From: the human T2T-CHM13v2.0 reference genome, Homo sapiens
Strand: one strand, 5' to 3'
DNA length: 64,000 nucleotides
NCBI RefSeq assembly: GCF_009914755.1
Contig: NC_060948.1
Made by a program: the position numbers and the translations under genes. The notes under the pieces are model-generated. The model did no database searches. It saw nothing but the letters and a program-made list of their open reading frames with translations, and was not told the origin of the DNA. Positions 1-15,300 of the stretch are shown piece after piece; positions within the stretch are counted from its first letter, which is position 1, and each line of letters starts with the position of its first letter.

Positions 1-92
1 ATGGGCTGGAATGGAATGGAATCGAAACGAATGGAATGGAATCGAACTGAAGAGACTGGAATGGAATGCACTGGAATGGAAGGGAATGTAAT

Positions 93-107
93 GGAAGGTT
101 CTCGAAA
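93..107. promoter_or_regulatory. Perfect heat-shock element motif A (gGAAg gTTCt cGAAa), first copy; recurs once per unit
   Basis: GGAAGGTTCTCGAAA matches nGAAnnTTCnnGAAn exactly. It is disrupted only at ~46078 (GGAAGGATCTCGAAA). The motif match is certain and function is inferred. Confidence 0.5.
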
Positions 108-1113
108 AAAATGGAATCGAAAGGAATGGAATTGAATGGAACGGAATAGAGTCGAATGGAATTCAATGGAATGGAATGGACTAGAGTGAAATGGAATCGA
201 ACCACAAGGAATGGACAGGAATAGAATGGTCTCGAATTGAATGGAATCGTATGGAATGGCATCAAACGGAATGGAATGGACGGCCACGGAATGGAATGCA
301 CTCGAATGCAATGGAGTCGAAACTAATGGACTGGAATAGAATGGACTCGACTGGTACGGACTCCAATGGAATGGAATCGAATGGAAGGGAATCGAACGGA
401 ATGGACTCGAAGGGAAAAGACTGCAATGGAAAGGTCTCGAATGGAATGGAAATTAATGGAATGGAATGGAATCGAATGAAATGGAGTCAAAAGGAATGGA
501 ATCGAATGGCAAGAAATCGAATGTAATGGAATCGCAAGGAATTGATGTGAACGGAACGGAATGGAATGGAATCCAAAGGAATGGAATAGAATGGAATGGA
601 ATCGAATGGAAAGGACTCGAATGGAAATCACTCGAATAGAATGCAATTTAATAAAATAGGATCAAATGTAATGGAATGGAATGGAAAGGAATCGAAACGA
701 AAGGAATGGAGACAGATGGAATGGAATGGAACAGAGAGCAATGGTATAGAATGGAATGGAATCATCTGGAATGGAATTGAATGGAATGGAATAATATGAA
801 ATGGAATGGAATGGAATGGAATACCCTTGAATTAAATGGACTGGAATGGAATGGACTCGAACAGAGTGGAATGGAAAGTGTTGAAATAGAATGGAATGGA
901 CTCGTTTGGAATGGTCTAGTATGCAATGCAATCGACTGGCAGGGAATCAAAAGGAATGTAATCGAATGGATTGGACTGGAATGCAATGGACTCGAATAGA
1001 TTGGAAACGGAAAGCAAAGGAATGGAATGGAATAGTATGGAATGGAATGCAAAGGAATGGAGTGGAATAGACTAGAGTGGAATGGAATGGACTGGAAAGC
1101 AATGGACTGGAAT

Positions 1114-1128
1114 GGAACTTTCTTGAAT
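1114..1128. promoter_or_regulatory. Perfect heat-shock element motif B (gGAAc tTTCt tGAAt), first copy; recurs once per unit
   Basis: GGAACTTTCTTGAAT matches nGAAnnTTCnnGAAn. The variant at ~54206 (GGAACATTCTTGAAT) keeps the consensus and the variant at ~61279 (GAAACTTTC) breaks it. Confidence 0.5.
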
Positions 1129-2839
1129 GGACTGGAATCAAACGGAATGGAATGCAATGCAATCAAATGGCATGGAATAAAATAGAATGAAAGAGAATCA
1201 AATGGAATTGAATCGAATGGAATCGAATGGATTGGAAAGGAATAGAATGGAATGGAATGGAATTGACTCAAATGGAATGGACTAGAATGGAATGGATTCG
1301 AATGGAAGGCAAAGGAATGGAATCTATTGGAATGGACTGTAATGGAATGGAATGGAAGGGATTGTAATGGACTCGAATGGAATGGACTGCAGTAGAAAGG
1401 ATTCGAATGGAATGAAAAAGAATTGAATGGAATAGAACAGAATGGAATCAAATCGAATGAAATGGAATGGAATAGAAAGGAATGGAATGAAATGGAATGG
1501 AAAGGATTCGAATGGAATGCAATCGAATGGAATGAAATCGAATGGAATGGAATCGAACGGAATGGAATAAAATGGAAGAAAACTGGCAAGAAATGGAATC
1601 GAAATGAATGGAGTGTTACGGAACGGACTCAAAAGGAATTGAATGTAATAGAATGGAGTGGAGTGGACTCGAATATAATGGACTAGAATGGAATGAAATC
1701 ACATGGAATGGGAACGAATGGAATGGAATGGAAAGGAATGGAATCGAATGGAAAGGAATCGAATGGAAGGGAATGAAATTGAATCAACAGGAATGGAAGG
1801 GAGTAGAATAGACGGTAATGGAATGGACTCGAATAGAATGGACACGAATGCTCAAATTGAATGGACTCGAATGGAATGGCAACGAAAGGAATGTCATCGA
1901 ATGGAATTGAATCGTTGGAATGAAATCACATAGAATGGAGTGGAATCAAATGGAATTGAATCGAAAGGAAAGGAAGCGAATGGACTGAAATGAAATGGAA
2001 TGGAATTGAATGGAAATTAATGCAATGGAATAGAATGGAACGAAATTTCACGGAATGGAATCAAACTGAATGGAATCAAATCAATGGAATATAATCAAAT
2101 GGAATGGAAAGGAATTGAATGGAGTAGATTGGATTGGATGGGATTGGAATGAAATGTACTGGAAAGGACTCGAATTTCATGAAACGGAATGGAATGAATT
2201 AGAACGGAATGGACTCGAATGGAATGGAATGTCATGGAATGGCATCAAATGGAATGGAATCGAATGCAATGGAATGCTTTGGAATGGAATGGAATGCATT
2301 GGAATGGAATGTCCTCTAATGGAATGTATTCGAGTGGAATGGAATCGAATATAATGGAGTCTAATGAAATGGAATTGAAAGGAATGGGACCGAATACAAT
2401 GGAATATACTGGAATGTAATGTAATGAACTCGAATGTAATTGACTGGAATGGAATGTACATGAATGGAATGTAATCGAATGGAAAGCAATCCAATGGAAT
2501 AGAATCTAATGCAATAAAATCGACTCAAATAGAGTAGAATGTAATGGAATGGAGTGCAGTGCAATGGAATGGAATGGAATGGAATGCAATGGAATGGAAT
2601 GGAATGGAATGGGATGGAATGGTATGGAATGGATAGTAATGGACTGGAGTGAAATGGACTGGAAAAGAATGGACTCAAATTGAAAGGGCTCGAAAGGAAT
2701 GGAGTCAAATGGAATGGTCTGGAATGGAATGAACACGAATGTAATGCAATCCAATAGAATGGAATCGAATGGCATGGAATATAAAGAAATGGAATCGAAG
2801 AGAATGGAAACAAATGGAATGGAATTGAATGGAATGGAA

Positions 2840-2993
2840 TTGAATGGAATGGGAACGAATGGAGTGAAATTGTATGCAGTAGAAGAGAATAGAATGGAAT
2901 GCAAGCGAAAGGAAAGGAATGGATTGGAATGGAATGGAATTCATTGGAATGGAAGGGAATGTAGTGTAATGGACAGGCCTGGAATAAAGTGGA
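2840..2993 (+). other. Classic DYZ1 Y-sexing PCR amplicon (154 bp), first copy; recurs once per unit
   Basis: TTGAATGGAATGGGAACGAATGG lies at 2840-2862. GGACAGGCCTGGAATAAAGTGGA (reverse complement TCCACTTTATTCCAGGCCTGTCC) lies at 2971-2993. These match the Y1.2/Y1.1 primer sequences as I recall them (not looked up). An EcoRI site lies inside at 2937-2942. Confidence 0.85.
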
Positions 2994-3350
2994 ATGCTAC
3001 GGTCTCGAATGGAATAAAAATGTATGGAACGGAATGCAATGAAACGGAATCGAATGTCATAGAATGTAATGGAATGCAAAAAAATGGACTCCAAAATCAT
3101 TGACTGGAAAGGCTGGGTGTCGAAAGGAATTGACTCCAATGGAATGGAATCGAATGGAATGGAAGTGAATAGAATCGAACTAAATCGAATGGAATGGAAT
3201 TGATAGGAACGGAATGGAAAGGAATGCAATGATTTGGCATGGAATGGAATCGAATGGCATCGAATGGAATGGAATGGAATGCAATGGAATGGAATGTATT
3301 AGAATGTAATGAACTTTAATGGAATGTACTCGAATGGATTCGACTGGAAT

Positions 3351-3365
3351 GGAATGTTCTCGAAG
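3351..3365. promoter_or_regulatory. Perfect heat-shock element motif C (gGAAt gTTCt nGAAg), first copy; recurs once per unit
   Basis: GGAATGTTCTCGAAG. Alleles with C, G (e.g. ~13988, ~49361) or T (~38811, ~42315) differ only at a free 'n' position. Confidence 0.5.
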
Positions 3366-6300
3366 TGAATGGACTCCAATGGAATGGATTCGAAAGGAAT
3401 GGAATCTAATGGAATGGAATTAAATGGAAATGAATCAAATTGAATAGAACGGAATTGAATTGAATGGAATCGAATGCAATGGAATCTAATGAAACGGAAA
3501 GGAAAGGAATGGAATGGATTGGAATGGAATGGGCTGGAATGGAATGGAATCGAAACGAATGGAATGGAATCGAACTGAAGAGACTGGAATGGAATGCACT
3601 GGAATGGAAGGGAATGTAATGGAAGGTTCTCGAAAAAAATGGAATCGAAAGGAATGGAATTGAATGGAACGGAATAGAGTCGAATGGAATTGAATGGAAT
3701 GGAATGGACTAGAGTGAAATGGAATCGAACCACAAGGAATGGACAGGAATAGAATGGTCTCGAATTGAATGGAATCGTATGGAATGGCATCAAACGGAAT
3801 GGAATGGACAGCCACGGAATGGAATGGACACCCACGGAATGGAATGCACTCGAATGCAATGGAGTCGACACTAATGGACTGGAATAGAATGGACTCGACT
3901 GGTACGGACTCCAATGGAATGGAATCGAATGGAAGGGAATCGAAAGGAATGGACTCGAAGGGAAAAGACTGCAATGGAAAGGTCTCGAATGGAATGGAAA
4001 TTAATGGAATGGAATGGAATCGAATGAAATGGAGTCAAAAGGAATGGAATCGAATGGCAAGAAATCGAATGTAATGGAATCGCAAGGAATTGATGTGAAC
4101 GGAACGGAATGGAATGGAATCCAAAGGAATGGAATAGAATGGAATGGAATCGAATGGAAAGGACTCGAATGGAAATCACTCGAATAGAATGCAATTTAAT
4201 AAAATAGGATCAAATGTAATGGAATGGAATGGAAAGGAATCGAAACGAAAGGAATGGAGACAGATGGAATGGAATGGAACAGAGAGCAATGGTATAGAAT
4301 GGAATGGAATCATCTGGAATGGAATTGAATGGAATGGAATAATATGAAATGGAATGGAATGGAATGGAATGCCCTTGAATTAAATGGACTGGAATGCAAT
4401 GGACTCGAACAGAGTGGAATGGAAAGTGTTGAAATAGAATGGAATGGACTCGTTTGGAATGGTCTAGTATGCAATGCAATCGACTGGCAGGGAATCAAAA
4501 GGAATGTAATCGAATGGATTGGACTGGAATGCAATGGACTCGAATAGATTGGAAGCGGAAAGCAAAGGAATGGAATGGAATAGTATGGAATGGAATGCAA
4601 AGGAATGGAGTGGAATAGACTAGAGTGGAATGGAATGGACTCGAAAGCAATGGACTGGAATGGAACTTTCTTGAATGGACTGGAATCAAACGGAATGGAA
4701 TGCAATGCAATCAAATGGCATGGAATAAAATAGAATGAAAGAGAATCAAATGGAATTGAATCGAATGGAATCGAATGGATTGGAAAGGAATAGAATGGAA
4801 TGGAATGGAATTGACTCAAATGGAATGGACTAGAATGGAATGGATTCGAATGGAAGGCAAAGGAATGGAATCTATTGGAATGGACTGTAATGGAATGGAA
4901 TGGAAGGGATTGGAATGGACTCGAATGGAATGCGCTGCAATAGAAAGGATTCGAATGGAATGAAAAAGAATTGAATGGAATAGAACAGAATGGAATCAAA
5001 TCGAATGAAATGGAATGGAATAGAAAGGAATGCAATGAAATGGAATGGAAAGGATTCCAATGGAATGCAATCGAATGGAATGAAATCGATTGGAATGGAA
5101 TCGAACGGAATGGAATAAAATGGAAGAAAACTGGCAAGAAATGGAGTCGAAATGAATGGAGTGTTATGGAACGGACTCAAAAGGAATTGAATGTAATAGA
5201 ATGGAGTGGAGTGGACTCGAATATAATGGACTGGAGTGGAATGAAATCACATGGAATGGGAACGAATGGAATGGAATGGAAAGGAATGGAATCGAATGGA
5301 AAGGAATCGAATGGAAGGGAATGAAATTGAATCAACAGGAATGGAAGGGAGTAGAATCGACGGTAATGGAATGGACTCGAATAGAATGGACACGAATGCT
5401 CAAATTGAATGGACTCGAATGGAATGGAAACGAAAGGAATGTCATCGAATGGAATTGAATCGATTGGAATGAAATCACATAGAATGGAGTGGAATCAAAT
5501 GGAATTGAATCGAAAGGAAAGGAAGCGAATGGACTGAAATGAAATGGAATGGAATTGAATGGAAATTAATGCAATGGAATAGAATGGAACGAAATTTCAC
5601 GGAATGGAATCAAACTGAATGGAATCAAATCAATGGAATATAATCAAATGGAATGGAAAGGAATTGAATGGAGTAGATTGGATTGGATGGGATTGGAATG
5701 AAATGTACTGGAAAGGACTCGAATTTCATGAAACGGAATGGAATGAATTAGAACGGAATGGACTCGAATGGAATGGAATGTCATGGAATGGCATCAAATG
5801 GAATGGAATCGAATGCGATGGAATGCTATGGAATGGAATGGAATGCATTGGAATGGAATGTCCTCTAATGGAATGGATTCGAGTGGAATGGAATCGAATA
5901 TAATGGAGTCTAATGAAATAGAATTGAAAGGAATGGGACCGAATACAATGGAATATACTGGAATGTAATGTAATGAACTCGAATGTAATTGACTGGAATG
6001 GAATGTACGTGAATGGAATGTAATCGAATGGAAAGCAATCCAATGGAATAGAATCTAATGCAATAAAATCGAGTCAAATAGAGTAGAATGTAATGGAATG
6101 GAGTGCAGTGCAATGGAATGGAATGGAATGGAATGCAATGGAATGGAATGGAATGGGATGGAATGGTATGGAATGGATAGTAATGGACTGGAGTGAAATG
6201 GACTGGAAAAGAATGGACTCAAATTGAAAGGGCTCGAAAGGAATGGAGTCAAATGGAATGGTCTGGAATGGAATGAACACGAATGTAATGCAATCCAATA

Positions 6301-9300
6301 GAATGGAATCGAATGGCATGGAATATAAAGAAATGGAATCGAAGAGAATGGAAACAAATGGAATGGAATTGAATGGAATGGAATTGAATGGAATGAGAAC
6401 GAATGGAGTGAAATTGTATGCAGTAGAAGAGAATAGAATGGAATGCAAGCGAAAGGAAAGGAATGGATTGGAATGGAATGGAATTCATTGGAATGGAAGG
6501 GAATGTAGTGTAATGGACAGGCCTGGAATAAAGTGGAATGCTACGGTCTCGAATGGAATAAAAATGTATGGAATGGAATGCAATGAAACGGAATCGAATG
6601 TCATAGAATGTAATGGAATGCAAAAAAATGGAATCCAAAATCATTGACTGGAAAGGCTGGGTGTCGAAAGGAATTGACTCCAATGGAATGGAATCGAATG
6701 GAATGGAAGTGAATAGAATCGAACTAAATCGAATGGAATGGAATTGATAGGAACGGAATGGAAAGGAATGCAATGATTTGGCATGGAATGGAATCGAATG
6801 GCATCGAATGGAATGGAATGGAATGCAATGGAATGGAATGTATTAGAATGTAATGAACTTTAATGGAATGTACTCGAATGGATTCGACTGGAATGGAATG
6901 TTCTCGAAGTGAACGGACTCCAATGGAATGGATTCGAAAGGAATGGAAACTAATGGAATGGAATTAAACGGAAATGAATCAAATAGAATAGAACGGAATT
7001 GAATTGAATGGAATCGAATGCAATGGAATCTAATGAAACGGAAAGGAATGGAATGGAATGGGCTGGAATGGAATGGAATCGAAACGAATGGAATGGAATC
7101 GAACTGAAGAGACTGGAATGGAATGCACTGGAATGGAAGGGAATGTAATGGAAGGTTCTCGAAAAAAATGGAATCGAAAGGAATGGAATTGAATGGAACG
7201 GAATAGAGTCGAATGGAATTCAATGGAATGGAATGGACTAGAGTGAAATGGAATCGAACCACAAGGAATGGACAGGAATAGAATGGTCTCGAATTGAATG
7301 GAATCGTATGGAATGGCATCAAACGGAATGGAATGGACAGCCACGGAATGGAATGGACACCCACGGAATGGAATGCACTCGAATGCAATGGAGTCGACAC
7401 TAATGGACTGGAATAGAATGGACTCGACTGGTACGGACTCCAATGGAATGGAATCGAATGGAAGGGAATCGAAAGGAATGGACTCGAAGGGAAAAAACTG
7501 CAATGGAAAGGTCTCCAATGGAATGGAAATTAATGGAATGGAATGGAATCGAATGAAATGGAGTCAAAAGGAATGGAATCGAATGGCAAGAAATCGAATG
7601 TAATGGAATCGCAAGGAATTGATGTGAACGGAACGGAATGGAATGGAATCCAAAGGAATGGAATAGAATGGAATGGAATCGAATGGAAAGGACTCGAATG
7701 GAAATCACTCGAATAGAATGCAATTTAATAAAATAGGATCAAATGTAATGGAATGGAATGGAAAGGAATCGAAACGAAAGGAATGGAGACAGATGGAATG
7801 GAATGGAACAGAGAGCAATGGTATAGAATGGAATGGAATCATCTGGAATGGAATTGAATGGAATGGAATAATATGAAATGGAATGGAATGGAATGGAATG
7901 CCCTTGAATTAAATGGACTGGAATGCAATGGACTCGAACAGAGTGGAATGGAAAGTGTTGAAATAGAATGGAATGGACTCGTTTGGAATGGTCTAGTATG
8001 CAATGCAATCGACTGGCAGGGAATCAAAAGGAATGTAATCGAATGGATTGGACTGGAATGCAATGGACTCGAATAGATTGGAAATGGAAAGCAAAGGAAT
8101 GGAATGGAATAGTATGGAATGGAATGCAAAGGAATGGAGTGGAATAGACTAGAGTGGAATGGAATGGACTCGAAAGCAATGGACTGGAATGGAACTTTCT
8201 TGAATGGACTGGAATCAAACGGAATGGAATGCAATGCAATCAAATGGCATGGAATAAAATAGAATGAAAGAGAATCAAATGGAATTGAATCGAATGGAAT
8301 CGAATGGATTGGAAAGGAATAGAATGGAATGGAATGGAATTGACTCAAATGGAATGGACTAGAATGGAATGGATTCGAATGGAAGGCAAAGGAATGGAAT
8401 CTATTGGAATGGACTGTAATGGAATGGAATGGAAGGGATTGGAATGGACTCGAATGGAATGGACTGCAGTAGAAAGGATTCGAATGGAATGAAAAAGAAT
8501 TGAATGGAATAGAACAGAATGGAATCAAATCGAATGAAATGGAATGGAATAGAAAGGAATGGAATGAAATGGAATGGAAAGGATTCGAATGGAATGCAAT
8601 CGAATGGAATGCAATCGAATGGAATGGAATCGAACGGAATGGAATAAAATGGAAGAAAACTGGCAAGAAATGGAATCGAAATGAATGGAGTGTTATGGAA
8701 CGGACTCAAAAGGAATTGAATGTAATAGAATGGAGTGGAGTGGACTCGAATATAATGGACTGGAATGGAATGAAATCACATGGAATGGGAACGAATGGAA
8801 TGGAATGGAAAGGAATGGAATCGAATGCAAAGGAATCGAATGGAAGGGAATGAAATTGAATCAACAGGAATGGAAGGGAGTAGAATAGACGGTAATGGAA
8901 TGGACTCGAATAGAATGGACACGAATGCTCAAATTGAATGGACTCGAATGGAATGGAAACGAAAGGAATGTCATCGAATGGAATTGAATCGATTGGAATG
9001 AAATCACATAGAATGGAGTGGAATCAAATGGAATTGAATCGAAAGGAAAGGAAGCGAATGGACTGAAATGAAATGGAATGGAATTGAATGGAAATTAATT
9101 CAATGGAATAGAATGGAACGAAATTTCACGGAATGGAATCAAACTGAATGGAATCAAATCAATGGAATATAATCAAATGGAATGGAAAGGAATTGAATGG
9201 AGTAGATTGAATTGGATGGGATTGGAATGAAATGTACTGGAAAGGACTCGAATTTCATGAAACGGAATGGAATGAATTAGAACGGAATGGACTCGAATGG

Positions 9301-12300
9301 AATGGAATGTCATGGAATGGCATCAAATGGAATGGAATCGAATGCGATGGAATGCTATGGAATGGAATGGAATGCATTGGAATGGAATGTCCTCTAATGG
9401 AATGTATTCGAGTGGAATGGAATCGAATATAATGGAGTCTAATGAAATGGAATTGAAAGGAATGGGACCGAATACAATGGAATATACTGGAATGTAATGT
9501 AATGAACTCGAATGTAATTGACTGGAATGGAATGTACATGAATGGAATGTAATCGAATGGAAAGCAATCCAATGGAATAGAATCTAATGCAATAAAATCG
9601 ACTCAAATAGAGTAGAATGTAATGGAATGGAGTGCAGTGCAATGGAATGGAATGGAATGGAATGCAATGGAATGGAATGGAATGGAATGGGATGGAATGG
9701 TATGGAATGGATAGTAATGGACTGGAGTGAAATGGACTGGAAAAGAATGGACTCAAATTGAAAGGGCTCGAAAGGAATGGAGTCAAATGGAATGGTCTGG
9801 AATGGAATGAACACGAATGTAATGCAATCCAATAGAATGGAATCGAATGGCATGGAATATAAAGAAATGGAATCGAAGAGAATGGAAACAAATGGAATGG
9901 AATTGAATGGAATGGAATTGAATGGAATGGGAACGAATGGAGTGAAATTGTATGCAGTAGAAGAGAATAGAATGGAATGCAAGCGAAAGGAAAGGAATGG
10001 ATTGGAATGGAATGGAATTCATTGGAATGGAAGGGAATGTAGTGTAATGGACAGGCCTGGAATAAAGTGGAATGCTACGGTCTCGAATGGAATAAAAATG
10101 TATGGAACGGAATGCAATGAAACGGAATCGAATGTCATAGAATGTAATGGAATGCAAAAAAATGGACTCCAAAATCATTGACTGGAAAGGCTGGGTGTCG
10201 AAAGGAATTGACTCCAATGGAATGGAATCGAATGGAATGGAAGTGAATAGAATCGAACTAAATCGAATGGAATGGAATTGATAGGAACGGAATGGAAAGG
10301 AATGCAATGATTTGGCATGGAATGGAATCGAATGGCATCGAATGGAATGGAATGGAATGCAATGGAATGGAATGTATTAGAATGTAATGAACTTTAATGG
10401 AATGTACTCGAATGGATTCGACTGGAATGGAATGTTCTCGAAGTGAATGGACTCCAATGGAATGGATTCGAAAGGAATGGAATCTAATGGAATGGAATTA
10501 AATGGAAATGAATCAAATTGAATAGAACGGAATTGAATTGAATGGAATCGAATGCAATGGAATCTAATGAAACGGAAAGGAAAGGAATGGAATGGATTGG
10601 AATGGAATGGGCTGGAATGGAATGGAATCGAAACGAATGGAATGGAATCGAACTGAAGAGACTGGAATGGAATGCACTGGAATGGAAGGGAATGTAATGG
10701 AAGGTTCTCGAAAAAAATGGAATCGAAAGGAATGGAATTGAATGGAACGGAATAGAGTCGAATGGAATTGAATGGAATGGAATGGACTAGAGTGAAATGG
10801 AATCGAACCACAAGGAATGGACAGGAATAGAATGGTCTCGAATTGAATGGAATCGTATGGAATGGCATCAAACGGAATGGAATGGACAGCCACGGAATGG
10901 AATGGACACCCACGGAATGGAATGCACTCGAATGCAATGGAGTCGACACTAATGGACTGGAATAGAATGGACTCGACTGGTACGGACTCCAATGGAATGG
11001 AATCGAATGGAAGGGAATCGAAAGGAATGGACTCGAAGGGAAAAGACTGCAATGGAAAGGTCTCCAATGGAATGGAAATTAATGGAATGGAATGGAATCG
11101 AATGAAATGGAGTCAAAAGGAATGGAATCGAATGGCAAGAAATCGAATGTAATGGAATCGCAAGGAATTGATGTGAACGGAACGGAATGGAATGGAATCC
11201 AAAGGAATGGAATAGAATGGAATGGAATCGAATGGAAAGGACTCGAATGGAAATCACTCGAATAGAATGCAATTTAATAAAATAGGATCAAATGTAATGG
11301 AATGGAATGGAAAGGAATCGAAACGAAAGGAATGGAGACAGATGGAATGGAATGGAACAGAGAGCAATGGTATAGAATGGAATGGAATCATCTGGAATGG
11401 AATTGAATGGAATGGAATAATATGAAATGGAATGGAATGGAATGGAATGCCCTTGAATTAAATGGACTGGAATGCAATGGACTCGAACAGAGTGGAATGG
11501 AATGTGTTGAAATAGAATGGAATGGACTCGTTTGGAATGGTCTAGTATGCAATGCAATCGACTGGCAGGGAATCAAAAGGAATGTAATCGAATGGATTGG
11601 ACTGGAATGCAATGGACTCGAATAGATTGGAAGCAGAAAGCAAAGGAATGGAATGGAATAGTATGGAATGGAATGCAAAGGAATGGAGTGGAATAGACTA
11701 GAGTGGAATGGAATGGACTCGAAAGCAATGGACTGGAATGGAACTTTCTTGAATGGACTGGAATCAAACGGAATGGAATGCAATGCAATCAAATGGCATG
11801 GAATAAAATAGAATGAAAGAGAATCAAATGGAATTGAATCGAATGGAATCGAATGGATTGGAAAGGAATAGAATGGAATGGAATGGAATTGACTCAAATG
11901 GAATGGACTAGAATGGAATGGATTCGAATGGAAGGCAAAGGAATGGAATCTATTGGAATGGACTGTAATGGAATGGAATGGAAGGGATTGGAATGGACTC
12001 GAATGGAATGCGCTGCAATAGAAAGGATTCGAATGGAATGAAAAAGAATTGAATGGAATAGAACAGAATGGAATCAAATCGAATGAAATGGAATGGAATA
12101 GAAAGGAATGCAATGAAATGGAATGGAAAGGATTCGAATGGAATGCAATCGAATGGAATGCAATCGAATGGAATGGAATCGAACGGAATGGAATAAAATG
12201 GAAGAAAACTGGCAAGAAATGGAGTCGAAATGAATGGAGTGTTATGGAACGGACTCAAAAGGAATTGAATGTAATAGAATGGAGTGGAGTGGACTCGAAT

Positions 12301-15300
12301 ATAATGGACTGGAGTGGAATGAAATCACATGGAATGGGAACGAATGGAATGGAATGGAAAGGAATGGAATCGAATGGAAAGGAATCGAATGGAAGGGAAT
12401 GAAATTGAATCAACAGGAATGGAAGGGAGTAGAATAGACGGTAATGGAATGGACTCGAATAGAATGGACACGAATGCTCAAATTGAATGGACTCGAATGG
12501 AATGGAAACGAAAGGAATGTCATCGAATGGAATTGAATCTATTGGAATGAAATCACATAGAATGGAGTGGAATCAAATGGAATTGAATCGAAAGGAAAGG
12601 AAGCGAATGGACTGAAATGAAATGGAATGGAATTGAATGGAAATTAATGCAATGGAATAGAATGGAACGAAATTTCACGGAATGGAATCAAACTGAATGG
12701 AATCAAATCAATGGAATATAATCAAATGGAATGGAAAGGAATTGAATGGAGTAGATTGGATTGGATGGGATTGGAATGAAATGTACTGGAAAGGACTCGA
12801 ATTTCATGAAACGGAATGGAATGAATTAGAACGGAATGGACTCGAATGGAATGGAATGTCATGGAATGGCATCAAATGGAATGGAATCGAATGCGATGGA
12901 ATGCTATGGAATGGAATGGAATGCATTGGAATGGAATGTCCTCTAATGGAATGGATTTGAGTGGAATGGAATCGAATATAATGGAGTCTAATGAAATAGA
13001 ATTGAAAGGAATGGGACCGAATACAATGGAATATACTGGAATGTAATGTAATGAACTCGAATGTAATTGACTGGAATGGAATGTACATGAATGGAATGTA
13101 ATCGAATGGAAAGCAATCCAATGGAATAGAATCTAATGCAATAAAATCGACTCAAATAGAGTAGAATGTAATGGAATGGAGTGCAGTGCAATGGAATGGA
13201 ATGGAATGGAATGCAATGGAATGGAATGGAATGGAATGGGATGGAATGGTATGGAATGGATAGTAATGGACTGGAGTGAAATGGACTGGAAAAGAATGGA
13301 CTCAAATTGAAAGGGCTCGAAAGGAATGGAGTCAAATGGAATGGTCTGGAATGGAATGAACACGAATGTAATGCAATCCAATAGAATGGAATCGAATGGC
13401 ATGGAATATAAAGAAATGGAATCGAAGAGAATGGAAACAAATGGAATGGAATTGAATGGAATGGAATTGAATGGAATGGGAACGAATGGAGTGAAATTGT
13501 ATGCAGTAGAAGAGAATAGAATGGAATGCAAGCGAAAGGAAAGGAATGGATTGGAATGGAATGGAATTCATTGGAATGGAAGGGAATGTAGTGTAATGGA
13601 CAGGCCTGGAATAAAGTGGAATGCTACGGTCTCGAATGGAATAAAAATGTATGGAACGGAATGCAATGAAACGGAATCGAATGTCATAGAATGTAATGGA
13701 ATGCAAAAAAATGGACTCCAAAATCATTGACTGGAAAGGCTGGGTGTCGAAAGGAATTGACTCCAATGGAATGGAATCGAATGGAATGGAAGTGAATAGA
13801 ATCGAACTAAATCGAATGGAATGGAATTGATAGGAACGGAATGGAAAGGAATGCAATGATTTGGCATGGAATGGAATCGAATGGCATCGAATGGAATGGA
13901 ATGGAATGCAATGGAATGGAATGTATTAGAATGTAATGAACTTTAATGGAATGTACTCGAATGGATTCGACTGGAATGGAATGTTCTGGAAGTGAATGGA
14001 CTCCAATGGAATGGATTCGAAAGGAATGGAAACTAATGGAATGGAATTAAACGGAAATGAATCAAATAGAATAGAACGGAATTGAATTGAATGGAATCGA
14101 ATGCAATGGAATCTAATGAAACGGAAAGGAATGGAATGGAATGGGCTGGAATGGAATGGAATCGAAACGAATGGAATGGAATCGAACTGAAGAGACTGGA
14201 ATGGAATGCACTGGAATGGAAGGGAATGTAATGGAAGGTTCTCGAAAAAAATGGAATCGAAAGGAATGGAATTGAATGGAACGGAATAGAGTCGAATGGA
14301 ATTCAATGGAATGGAATGGACTAGAGTGAAATGGAATCGAACCACAAGGAATGGACAGGAATAGAATGGTCTCGAATTGAATGGAATCGTATGGAATGGC
14401 ATCAAACGGAATGGAATGGACAGCCACGGAATGGAATGGACACCCACGGAATGGAATGCACTCGAATGCAATGGAGTCGACACTAATGGACTGGAATAGA
14501 ATGGACTCGACTGGTACGGACTCCAATGGAATGGAATCGAATGGAAGGGAATCGAACGGAATGGACTCGAAGGGAAAAGACTGCAATGGAATGGTCTCGA
14601 ATGGAATGGAAATTAATGGAATGGAATGGAATCGAATGAAATGGAGTCAAAAGGAATGGAATCGAATGGCAAGAAATCGAATGTAATGGAATCGCAAGGA
14701 ATTGATGTGAACGGAACGGAATGGAATGGAATCCAAAGGAATGGAATAGAATGGAATGGAATCGAATGGAAAGGACTCGAATGGAAATCACTCGAATAGA
14801 ATGCAATTTAATAAAATAGGATCAAATGTAATGGAATGGAATGGAAAGGAATCGAAACGAAAGGAATGGAGACAGATGGAATGGAATGGAACAGAGAGCA
14901 ATGGTATAGAATGGAATGGAATCATCTGGAATGGAATTGAATGGAATGGAATAATATGAAATGGAATGGAATGGAATGGAATGCCCTTGAATTAAATGGA
15001 CTGGAATGCAATGGACTCGAACAGAGTGGAATGGAAAGTGTTGAAATAGAATGGAATGGACTCGTTTGGAATGGTCTAGTATGCAATGCAATCGACTGGC
15101 AGGGAATCAAAAGGAATGTAATCGAATGGATTGGACTGGAATGCAATGGACTCGAATAGATTGGAAACGGAAAGCAAAGGAATGGAATGGAATAGTATGG
15201 AATGGAATGCAAAGGAATGGAGTGGAATAGACTAGAGTGGAATGGAATGGACTCGAAAGCAATGGACTGGAATGGAACTTTCTTGAATGGACTGGAATCA

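Noticed and set aside
3110-3122. GGCTGGGTGTCG resembles the start of an Alu (GGCCGGGCGCGG/GGCTGGGTG)
   Set aside because: Only ~9 bp of similarity, it sits in pentamer register, and the sequence returns immediately to satellite.
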